A stretch of DNA of 64,000 nucleotides. Origin: Candidatus Aphodosoma sp. Its GTDB lineage: Bacteria; Bacteroidota; Bacteroidia; Bacteroidales; Paludibacteraceae. Location of the stretch: the NCBI GenBank assembly GCA_045643545.1, contig JAZUKZ010000037.1:2497-66496 (forward strand), written 5' to 3'. How positions within the stretch are numbered: the stretch's first letter is position 1; each line of letters starts with the position of its first letter. The notes under the pieces were generated by a model. It saw only the letters and a list, made by a program, of their open reading frames with translations. It was not told the origin of the DNA and searched no databases. The position numbers and the translations under genes were made by a program. Shown here one piece after another: positions 56,365-64,000 of this stretch.

Positions 56365-57213
56365 ATGAAAAGACAAGCAAAAGTTCTGTTTATCACTCAG
56401 GAGATAGACCCTTACATCAACGAGTCGAGAATTGCCGAGATATGCCGCAAATTGCCGCAGTATACTCAGGAGCAGGGATGCGAGATTCGTGTGTTCATGC
56501 CATGCTACGGCCATATAAACGAGAGGAGGAATCAGTTGCATGAGGTTCAGAGACTTTCGGGACTGAATGTGATAATCAATGACAATGACCATCCTTTGGT
56601 GATAAAAGTGGCGTCGATTCAGCAGGCGAGGATTCAGGTTTATTTCATAGACAGTGACGATTATTTCCGTCGTCGCGGGGTGGATAGGGACAAAGACGGC
56701 AATATTTTTGCGGATAATGACGAGAGATCGATGTTTTTCGTGAGGTCGGTGCTTGAGACAATCAAGAAGTTGCGCTGGACTCCTGATGTGGTTCATTGCA
56801 GCGGATGGATTTCTGCATTGGCTCCGATGTTCATAAAGTGCTCGTATTTTACGGATCCATTCTTTGCGAAGTCGAAAGTGATATATTCGCTTTACGGACA
56901 GAAGCTTGATGCTCCTCTTGCTCCTGGTCTGGACGACAGGATGGTGTTTGATTTCATCAAGCCAGAGCATTATCCTGATTTGAAGGGAGACAGAATGACT
57001 TCGGATGCGATGGACTGCCTTGCCCTGAGGTATTCCGATGGCGTTATTATGGAGACTCCTTTCATTTCGGAGAAAGTGTCGAATTTCATCAGAGAACATG
57101 AGGTTGCGACATTGACTTATGATGCCGACAGAGACAAAGGCTTGCCGGTAGGAGCGAGTCAGTTTAAGTTTTTTGAGGAGATTTGTCCAGCGGTGGGTGT
57201 GATAACCGAGTAA
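56365..57213 (+). CDS. short glycogen/starch synthase-like protein (GT5 N-terminal domain only)
   Basis: KVLFITQEIDPY...VFMPCYG starch-synthase catalytic-domain pattern; only 282 aa, no GT1 C-terminal half. Confidence 0.65.
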   Translation: MKRQAKVLFITQEIDPYINESRIAEICRKLPQYTQEQGCEIRVFMPCYGHINERRNQLHEVQRLSGLNVIINDNDHPLVIKVASIQQARIQVYFIDSDDYFRRRGVDRDKDGNIFADNDERSMFFVRSVLETIKKLRWTPDVVHCSGWISALAPMFIKCSYFTDPFFAKSKVIYSLYGQKLDAPLAPGLDDRMVFDFIKPEHYPDLKGDRMTSDAMDCLALRYSDGVIMETPFISEKVSNFIREHEVATLTYDADRDKGLPVGASQFKFFEEICPAVGVITE

Positions 57214-57237
57214 TCTGGATATAAAAAGCGATATGAT

Positions 57238-57272
57238 GGCAGGTTTCGGACGACTGAAACCTGCCATTTTTA
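57238..57272 (+). terminator. rho-independent terminator after the glycogen synthase-like gene
   Basis: Perfect 10-bp stem GGCAGGTTTC / GAAACCTGCC, then ATTTTTA. Confidence 0.65.
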
Positions 57273-57297
57273 TGTCAAAAATGCGTGTTTGTAAGTG

Positions 57298-57385
57298 GCT
57301 GATACTCAATGCATGCCCTGTATGGGAGAGGTGTGGAAATGCTTGGAGAATTGGATGAGGCTTGGAGAGGATTTTCGGGTGGAAT
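57298..57385 (+). repeat. F2 intergenic element copy C
   Basis: GCTGATACTCAATGCATGCCCTGTATGG plus GAGAGGTGTGGAAATGCTTGGAGAATTGGATGAGGCTTGGAGAGG...GGTGGAATTTG. Confidence 0.85.
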
Positions 57386-57458
57386 TTGCTTTTGTCGGAA
57401 AAAGTTTTTTGGATTGTATTTTTTTAGAAAATAGGTTTGTTTTGTCAAAATAAATGAC

Positions 57459-57466
57459 TAACTTTG
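57459..57466 (+). promoter_or_regulatory. -7 box TAacTTTG ahead of the DUF4270-like gene
   Basis: TAACTTTG about 80 nt before the ATG at 57546; the leader contains an imperfect hairpin at 57474-57515. Confidence 0.4.
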
Positions 57467-57545
57467 CAGCCGGTTTTGTACGCATATTCCCGAAATGGGA
57501 ATGTGTGGTGCAAAAGTGTGTAAAATAGCAAGTTAAAGAATCAAG

Positions 57546-58937
57546 ATGAAAATAGGGAAAGTAATATCCAGATATTTTTCGCTGTTGAGCCTGTCCGTGG
57601 CGGTATTGACGGCTTGCGGTGATTTAAATGAGACCGGTTTGGGAATAAGGCCCGACCAAGATGTCGTTGTGGTTTGTTCTGATACCTTTCACATAGACTG
57701 TGTGAATTATTGTGTGCCAGCGATTTCCGCTCAGGCAGACACTATGGTGCTTGGAGAGTTCTACAGTCCATCATACGGTACCACAAAGGCTGAACTGTTG
57801 CTGCAACTTGCTGCTCCAGAGGGATATACATTCCCTGATGCCTCATATAATCCTCAGCCAGACTCCTTAGTGCTGCTGATGTATTTCAATTCCTATTTCG
57901 GTTCGCCATATTCGCCGTTAGAGATTTCGGTATATGAGATGAACAAAGGCTCAATAGATTATTCAACCCGCTATTATTCAGATATTAATCCTGGTGATTA
58001 CTGTGATTCGTCGATTCTGATGGGCAAGAGAGTGATGACCTCGATAGATTTGACGCCAAAAGACTCAAGTTATGATGATTCGGAAGATGATTCCGGGACA
58101 TTGGGTTATGTGAGATACCAGTTTGATGATACCCAGTTGAACAGATTCTTCAATGTCGTGAAGAAGAATCCTTCAATTACGACAGATGAATTTTTGAAAG
58201 ACTTCAAAGGCCTCTATGTAACAACACGTTATGGCAATTCGACATTGATTTATCTGAATCAAGTGACAATGTATCTGTATTACCATTATACCTATAAACG
58301 GGCTGGAAACGATACGATTGTGAAGACCTCGATTGCTTTTCCTGCGAACCATGAGGTGCGCCAGTTGAATCATTTCGTGCATCCGAACAGAGAAGAAGTG
58401 GTGGAGAATATTCCTGATTCACTGATATATATAAAATCTGCGGCTGGAATTTTCCCTAAAGCGACTATTCCGTTGGGAAAGATTTATGAGGCTATGCACA
58501 GCAAGATGGACACAACAAAAGTACTCAATATCTCGGCAGCGGAACTGACCTTCGAATGCATAGAGTATGATGAGGCAGACGTGTATATGAATCCGCCGAC
58601 CTATCTGCTTGCAATTGAGGAGGATAAATTTGATGAGTTTTTGAGGACGAACAAATCTTCGACTGGTTATGAGACAGACCGTGTGCTTGGATTGTACAAT
58701 AGTGTGAAAGAGGCTTATTGTTTTGATCTGACCTATATGCTCACCAAACAACTCAGAGTGGACAGCATGGAAGTTGACAAAACAATGAACATGATTCTTG
58801 TGCCAGTGGAAGAGACTTCAGACGGTTCGTCGGTATCGAGACTGAGACCATTGGTCAAGTTGGCCGCGACAAAAGTGAGAAGCAACAAGAACGAGTATTC
58901 GCCGTTGAGACTCAAAGTGCTGTATGAGGGATTCTGA
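57546..58937 (+). CDS. DUF4270-like lipoprotein
   Basis: Lipobox LTAC; 463 aa. Family assignment from memory of the conserved position after the short glycogen synthase in Bacteroidales. Confidence 0.5.
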   Translation: MKIGKVISRYFSLLSLSVAVLTACGDLNETGLGIRPDQDVVVVCSDTFHIDCVNYCVPAISAQADTMVLGEFYSPSYGTTKAELLLQLAAPEGYTFPDASYNPQPDSLVLLMYFNSYFGSPYSPLEISVYEMNKGSIDYSTRYYSDINPGDYCDSSILMGKRVMTSIDLTPKDSSYDDSEDDSGTLGYVRYQFDDTQLNRFFNVVKKNPSITTDEFLKDFKGLYVTTRYGNSTLIYLNQVTMYLYYHYTYKRAGNDTIVKTSIAFPANHEVRQLNHFVHPNREEVVENIPDSLIYIKSAAGIFPKATIPLGKIYEAMHSKMDTTKVLNISAAELTFECIEYDEADVYMNPPTYLLAIEEDKFDEFLRTNKSSTGYETDRVLGLYNSVKEAYCFDLTYMLTKQLRVDSMEVDKTMNMILVPVEETSDGSSVSRLRPLVKLAATKVRSNKNEYSPLRLKVLYEGF

Positions 58938-58958
58938 TGAAAAAACTGAGAAAAGATT

Positions 58959-61433
58959 ATGCAAAATTTTTCAATAAATTACAATAAAGTAGTAGAGTAT
59001 GCAGATGGAGAGCGCGAGAGACTCGGAGATTTGAGCACCTCGTCCAAACATCTGATACTTGCCATGTTGCGTATAGATGATTGCTCGGCAGTGAATATAC
59101 TGAAACAACGCAACGTGAATTTGGGGGAGTTCAGGCAGAGAGTGGAAGAATCCAAGCCAGCGGAACTGAATGATATGAAAAGCACATTGCTCGTGGCGTC
59201 GCTCGAGGCGAGATTCTTCAAATCAGACGAGATAACCACCTCACATTTGCTGCTGTCGATACTGCGGTCTAATGATAAGGCTATAAAAGAGATATTTGAC
59301 TCCTACAACATAAATTATGCCAATCTCAAGTCAGAGATGACTCCGAACAAAGAAAACAATGGCAATCAAGTCGTTAAAGGTTCTATTTTTGACGATGATA
59401 TGGATGACGACTGCCTTGATGCTGATGATGAACCAAAGTCAGAGACCAAACCAATTGCCAAGCAGGCAAAAGTCAAAGGAGGCCAGGACACCCCAGCGAT
59501 AAACAAGTTTGCCAAAGACCTGACTGCGGCAGCCATGGCAGGAGAACTTGATCCCTTGGTCGGCAGAGAGAAAGAGATAGAAAGGACCATCCAGATATTG
59601 TCGAGAAGGAAGAAAAACAATCCTATCCTCATAGGAGAGCCAGGTGTGGGAAAATCGGCAATTGTAGAAGGCATAGCCCAGAAGATAGTCAAGAACGAAA
59701 TATCCCATGTCCTTTATAACAAGAGAATTGTGTCACTTGACATGGCGGCGCTTGTGGCGGGGACGAAATACAGAGGACAGTTTGAAGAGCGCATCAAGGC
59801 AGTGATAACCGAGTTGGAGAACAACAAGAACATCATACTCTTCATAGATGAGATACACACGATAGTTGGTTCCGGAGCTGTTTCCGGTTCGCTTGATGCT
59901 GCAAACATCCTCAAGCCATCTCTGTCGAGAGGCAGAATCCAGTGCATCGGAGCTACAACCCTTGACGAATACAGACAGAGCATTGAGAAAGACGGCGCTC
60001 TCGAGAGACGATTCCAGAAAATATTGGTGGAGCCGACAACGAGAGAAGAGACCTTGCAGATTTTGAAAAACATAAAAGGCCATTATGAGAAACATCACAA
60101 TGTGACTTATACTGATGAAGCGATTGAGGCATGTGTCACATTGACAGACCGATATATTACAAACAGATATTTTCCAGACAAAGCCATAGATGCTTTGGAT
60201 GAAGTCGGTTCGCACAAACATATTGCCAATCTGCATCTGCCAGAGAGTATACTCAAACTCGAGAACCAAGTAAAAGAGATAAATCTGCTGAAAGAAGAGG
60301 CCGTGATAAGGCAGGATTTCGAGATGGCTGCAAAATACAGAGACCATGCGGGGAATCTGACAAAACAGGCAGAAGACGAGAGAGCCAATTGGTTGAAAGA
60401 GTGCGAACAACATAAGGCGGAAGTTACAGCAGAAGATATTGCAGAGACAGTTTCATTGATGTCCGGAGTTCCATTGAAACAATTGACAGAAGACGAGAAC
60501 GTGCGACTGCTCAAGATGGCTGATGAACTCAAAAAGAAGATTATTGGACAGGACGAGGCAATAGACTGTATATCAAGGGCTATCAGAAGGAGCCGAGTGG
60601 GATTGAAAGATCCGAACAGACCAATAGGAAGTTTTATATTCGTAGGACCGACAGGTGTGGGTAAGACACTGCTTGCCAAACAGTTGGCAGAGTATATGTT
60701 CGGAACATCCGATGCGATGATAAGAGTCAATATGTCCGAATTCATGGAGAAATTCAGTGTTTCGCGACTTATTGGAGCGCCTCCGGGGTATGTCGGTTAT
60801 GACAAAGGCGGTGAGTTGACTGAGCGAGTAAGAAGGAAACCATATTCAATAGTGCTTTTTGATGAGATTGAGAAAGCACATGGAGATATATTCAATCTAT
60901 TGCTCCAGTTGCTCGATGAAGGCGCACTTACTGACAGCAACGGAAGGAAAGTAGATTTTCGCAACACCGTGATAATCATGACGTCCAATGCCGGAACCCG
61001 TCAAATAAAAGAATTTGGAAAAGGTGTCGGATTCGGAGTGGACAGTGAGATAGACAGCAAATACGCCCATTCAGTAACAGACAAGGCACTTGAGAAATTA
61101 TTTGCTCCAGAGTTCTTGAACAGAGTTGATGAAATAGTACATTTCAATTCGCTGACACGCAAAGAGATAAATAAGATTATCAATATTGAACTCCGACAAT
61201 TTGAAAAGAGGTGCAATAGTCTTGGATATGAAGTAGAACTCAGTCAGGAAGCAATTGATTTCCTGGCCGATAAAGGTTATAATGCCCAGTATGGTGCAAG
61301 ACCATTGAAAAGAGCATTGCAAACATATCTCGAAGATATAGTAGTTGAATTTTTACTGGAGCACCCAGACAGACAGACGGGCAAGCTGGCGGTGGAAGTT
61401 AATGAAGATAAAACAGCGCTGAGACTGAAATGA
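58959..61433 (+). CDS. clpC: ATP-dependent Clp protease ATP-binding subunit (ClpC type)
   Basis: Clp_N repeats, two AAA+ modules (GEPGVGKS, GPTGVGKT), UVR-like FEMAAKYRD, VGF ClpP-docking tripeptide. Confidence 0.9.
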   Translation: MQNFSINYNKVVEYADGERERLGDLSTSSKHLILAMLRIDDCSAVNILKQRNVNLGEFRQRVEESKPAELNDMKSTLLVASLEARFFKSDEITTSHLLLSILRSNDKAIKEIFDSYNINYANLKSEMTPNKENNGNQVVKGSIFDDDMDDDCLDADDEPKSETKPIAKQAKVKGGQDTPAINKFAKDLTAAAMAGELDPLVGREKEIERTIQILSRRKKNNPILIGEPGVGKSAIVEGIAQKIVKNEISHVLYNKRIVSLDMAALVAGTKYRGQFEERIKAVITELENNKNIILFIDEIHTIVGSGAVSGSLDAANILKPSLSRGRIQCIGATTLDEYRQSIEKDGALERRFQKILVEPTTREETLQILKNIKGHYEKHHNVTYTDEAIEACVTLTDRYITNRYFPDKAIDALDEVGSHKHIANLHLPESILKLENQVKEINLLKEEAVIRQDFEMAAKYRDHAGNLTKQAEDERANWLKECEQHKAEVTAEDIAETVSLMSGVPLKQLTEDENVRLLKMADELKKKIIGQDEAIDCISRAIRRSRVGLKDPNRPIGSFIFVGPTGVGKTLLAKQLAEYMFGTSDAMIRVNMSEFMEKFSVSRLIGAPPGYVGYDKGGELTERVRRKPYSIVLFDEIEKAHGDIFNLLLQLLDEGALTDSNGRKVDFRNTVIIMTSNAGTRQIKEFGKGVGFGVDSEIDSKYAHSVTDKALEKLFAPEFLNRVDEIVHFNSLTRKEINKIINIELRQFEKRCNSLGYEVELSQEAIDFLADKGYNAQYGARPLKRALQTYLEDIVVEFLLEHPDRQTGKLAVEVNEDKTALRLK

Positions 61434-62563
61434 AGAACTATTTTCAAATGCTGGCCTTAGGAATCTTCCTCGTGATGATAGTTGCGAGTTTGATTTACGT
61501 GTCCAGTAGGTTTGCTCATTTTTTTGGAATGCATGGGATAATTTCGGTAATGATATTCATTGCTTTTTATGTACTTGCGATAGGCGTGATGTCGTCAAGC
61601 ATGTATGTAAATGGGAAAAGTCCGGTTCAGCATATTCTTTTGGTGGCAGGATGCGGAGTGGCAGGCGTGATGATAGTACTGATATTTGTATTATTGGTTT
61701 CGGATTTGCTGAATTTAGTGTTTCATTTGCCGCCAATGACAGAAGGATTGATTGTTGTCGGAGCAACGGTTGTGGTTTCGGCTTTTTGTTTTGTGAATGC
61801 CAGAATGATAAGAGTTGAGCGAATTGATGTTGATGTTGAAAATCTTCAACGTTCAGTGAAAATAGCTCATTTGTCAGATTTGCATGTGGGGCATTTCAGA
61901 GGGCAACAATGGTTGAGGAATGTGGTTGAAGTTACGAGACAACAAAATCCTGATTTTGTGGTTATTACTGGTGATTTATACGAGTCGCGCTATAATCTTG
62001 ACAAGCGAACAATCAGTGAGCTTTGTAAATTTGGTGTGCCGGTATATTTTGTAGAGGGGAACCATGACATTTATGTCAACACATTGCGCATCAAAGATAT
62101 GCTTAAAGAAATTGGTGTGCATGTGCTTGAGAATCAGAAAGAAGAGCAAGACGGTATACAATTGGTCGGGTTGAATTACATGACTGCTGACGAGAAATCC
62201 TTAGATGAGATGCGGGCGGCAAAAAGCGATGTGTCGATCAAGTTTGTCTTGCCGACATTAGGCATTAACAAAGATGTTCCGTCCATATTGCTGCATCATA
62301 ATCCTCAAGGAGTGGAGTATGCTAATGCGAACGGCATAGACCTTTATTTATCCGGGCATACTCATGGCGGACAATTTTTTCCGGCGACTCTGGTGAATCA
62401 TTTTTTGTTTAGGTATAATAGAGGCCTTTATGTCTATGATAATGGAGTTGGTAAACCGACTAAGATTTTTGTTTCAGATGGGTTGGGCACTACCGGTCCG
62501 CCGATGAGAACATTCACGAGGAGCGAGGTGAGCATAATAAATCTCAAAAAGGCGAATCATTGA
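61430..62563 (+). CDS. membrane-anchored metallophosphoesterase (YkuE/YaeI-like)
   Basis: Four N-terminal TMs; LSDLHVGH, ITGDL, GNHD and GHTHGGQ motifs; ATG overlaps the clpC stop (ATGA). Confidence 0.8.
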   Translation: MKNYFQMLALGIFLVMIVASLIYVSSRFAHFFGMHGIISVMIFIAFYVLAIGVMSSSMYVNGKSPVQHILLVAGCGVAGVMIVLIFVLLVSDLLNLVFHLPPMTEGLIVVGATVVVSAFCFVNARMIRVERIDVDVENLQRSVKIAHLSDLHVGHFRGQQWLRNVVEVTRQQNPDFVVITGDLYESRYNLDKRTISELCKFGVPVYFVEGNHDIYVNTLRIKDMLKEIGVHVLENQKEEQDGIQLVGLNYMTADEKSLDEMRAAKSDVSIKFVLPTLGINKDVPSILLHHNPQGVEYANANGIDLYLSGHTHGGQFFPATLVNHFLFRYNRGLYVYDNGVGKPTKIFVSDGLGTTGPPMRTFTRSEVSIINLKKANH

Positions 62564-63585
62564 AACGACACATTATATATATAGTGCTATTGGCTGTATT
62601 GGCTTTCGGAATTGTGCTGACGATAGTAAGGTATGATGCATGGTTTGTGGAGCCCGAGGAACCCCAGTATTCAATTGGAACGGTTCGGAATGAGATTTTG
62701 ACATACGGCTATGACTCAACTATGGTGATATCGTTCAGAGATAGTGTGAAAACTGCTAATTCGCAAGAGATTAGGACTGGAGGCGGAGTTGCTCAGTATC
62801 ATGTCAATAGAGTGGCAAAGTCGGAACCGGAAATCAGGCGAATATTGGTGCTTGGAGATATTCAAGACAAAAGCGAAGAAGATGCAAAAGTTACTAATTC
62901 TCTGTTAAAGGAAATTGTGTCGGAAGAGCGGCCGGATTTGATAATCCAGACTGGAGATTTGATAGAGCGACCGATGCAGAGTGCGTGGGATAGAATGTCT
63001 GTTGCTTTTGATTCAATAGTGCCAGAAATTCCATTGGTTGTTGCTCTTGGGAATCATGATTATCATAAAGGCCTGAGGAGCAGGGTGGATGTGAGAGCGT
63101 TGTATTCTTATCCGTATTTTGGGCATAAAAAAGTGAAGAAAGCAGCGACTGCTCAGATTGTGTTGATCAAAGACACTTTGGATTTGTTTATTATTGATTC
63201 AAACCGTTCTGTAGTAGATCTTTTCAGACAAAGCACGTGGCTGAAAAATGTTTTGGACTCATCCACGGCAATGCATAAGATTCTTGTGACGCATCATCCG
63301 TTGAGGTTCAGCAAGTCGAGGTGGAATAATTTGTTTGTGAGGCTTGCGATAGAGACTGTTGCAAGAAGGGGCGGAATAGATGTCGTCTTTGCGGGGCATG
63401 AGCATACGTTTATGCATACTGACGAAGGATACCATCAGGTAATTTCTCATTTTTCGGCGAAAGATTATGGTGGTGCAGGTGTGTCAGGGAGACATTTTGT
63501 GATGGTTGTTTTAATGTTTAATGCATTGAATGTCAGAATTTTTGATGTGGATAAAAAAATGATTGACAACTTCTTTGTCAATTAG
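62560..63585 (+). CDS. membrane-anchored metallophosphoesterase, second paralogue
   Basis: One N-terminal TM; LGDIQD, TGDL, GNHD and GHEH motifs. TTG start overlaps the upstream TGA (TTGA); no nearby in-frame ATG. Confidence 0.7.
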   Translation: MKRHIIYIVLLAVLAFGIVLTIVRYDAWFVEPEEPQYSIGTVRNEILTYGYDSTMVISFRDSVKTANSQEIRTGGGVAQYHVNRVAKSEPEIRRILVLGDIQDKSEEDAKVTNSLLKEIVSEERPDLIIQTGDLIERPMQSAWDRMSVAFDSIVPEIPLVVALGNHDYHKGLRSRVDVRALYSYPYFGHKKVKKAATAQIVLIKDTLDLFIIDSNRSVVDLFRQSTWLKNVLDSSTAMHKILVTHHPLRFSKSRWNNLFVRLAIETVARRGGIDVVFAGHEHTFMHTDEGYHQVISHFSAKDYGGAGVSGRHFVMVVLMFNALNVRIFDVDKKMIDNFFVN

Positions 63586-63716
63586 GTAAAAATTTAGGTG
63601 AAAATATTTGTTTCATAATAGAAAAATAGCTAACTTTACGGCTTGAAAAGTATGCTTGCTTTGATGGATGTAAGTTATTGTAACAGAAATAAATAAAAAT
63701 AAAACATATAATCATT

Positions 63717-64000
63717 ATGGCAAAGAAAGAGATTAAATTTAGCTTGGTTTACCGTGATATGTGGCAGTCATCCGGTAAATATGTGCCACGTAAAGACCAG
63801 TTGGCACAGGTAGCGCCTGCTATTATCGATTGCGGTTGCTTTGCGCGTGTCGAGACCAATGGCGGTGCTTCTGAACAAGTTAACCTTCTTTATGGTGAGA
63901 ATCCAAACACTTCAGTTCGTACATTCACAAAGTTCTTCAATGAGGCTGGTATTCAAACGCACATGCTTGACCGTGGTTTGAATGCACTTCGTATGAACCC
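63717..64000 (+). CDS. carboxyltransferase 5S / oxaloacetate decarboxylase alpha-like protein, 3' end outside window
   Basis: ATG at 63717, open to the window end. MAKKEIKFSLVYRDMWQS...ETNGGA resembles the HMGL-like carboxyltransferase N-terminus. Confidence 0.6.
   Translation, partial: MAKKEIKFSLVYRDMWQSSGKYVPRKDQLAQVAPAIIDCGCFARVETNGGASEQVNLLYGENPNTSVRTFTKFFNEAGIQTHMLDRGLNALRMN

Noticed and set aside
1-64000. Searched by eye for integrases, transposases, phage genes, toxin-antitoxin pairs, restriction-modification genes, CRISPR-Cas and other defence genes
   Set aside because: None was recognised. Apart from the fic cassette and the two repeat families, the window looks like conserved core genome, so I make no claim of a defence or mobile island.

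Overview
This 64-kb window reads as a Bacteroidales (Bacteroidota) core-chromosome segment. The taxon call rests on three things: TAnnTTTG -7 promoter boxes ahead of many genes, very short leaders without Shine-Dalgarno sequences, and the gene content (RseC-Rnf operon, ATP-dependent PEP carboxykinase, TonB-C, DUF4270/DUF4294-type proteins, a short GT5 glycogen synthase). I support about 55 CDS, one tRNA-Ser(CGA), about 15 rho-independent terminators and about 20 promoter boxes. I found no rRNA, CRISPR array, integrase, transposase, phage gene or canonical defence system. Housekeeping genes dominate: rbfA, rnfBCDGEA, folK, corA, rsmA, pckA, gcvP, htpG, secA, radA, serS, trmD, clpC. Many neighbouring genes overlap by 1-4 nt (ATGA, TTGA, TAATG), which suggests translational coupling. 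The signals the gene list does not explain are: (1) a three-copy intergenic element with 11-nt phased AATGTTACGG iterons fused to a -7 box, upstream of the transglycosylase-folK, gcvP and NifU-like/GGGtGRT operons; (2) a second four-copy intergenic repeat family (core TGATTCTCAATGCATRYCCTGTATGG plus a G-rich tail), two copies of which abut or supply stop codons; (3) a fic gene bracketed by perfect 60-bp direct repeats that duplicate the rbfA promoter; (4) the uncharacterised NifU-like plus GGGtGRT gene pair; (5) an EF-G paralogue lacking the catalytic His; (6) a lipoprotein whose vWA motifs are in permuted order, coupled to an MMPL exporter with a very large second loop. All family calls come from reading motifs by eye. 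No searches, alignments or structure predictions were run.
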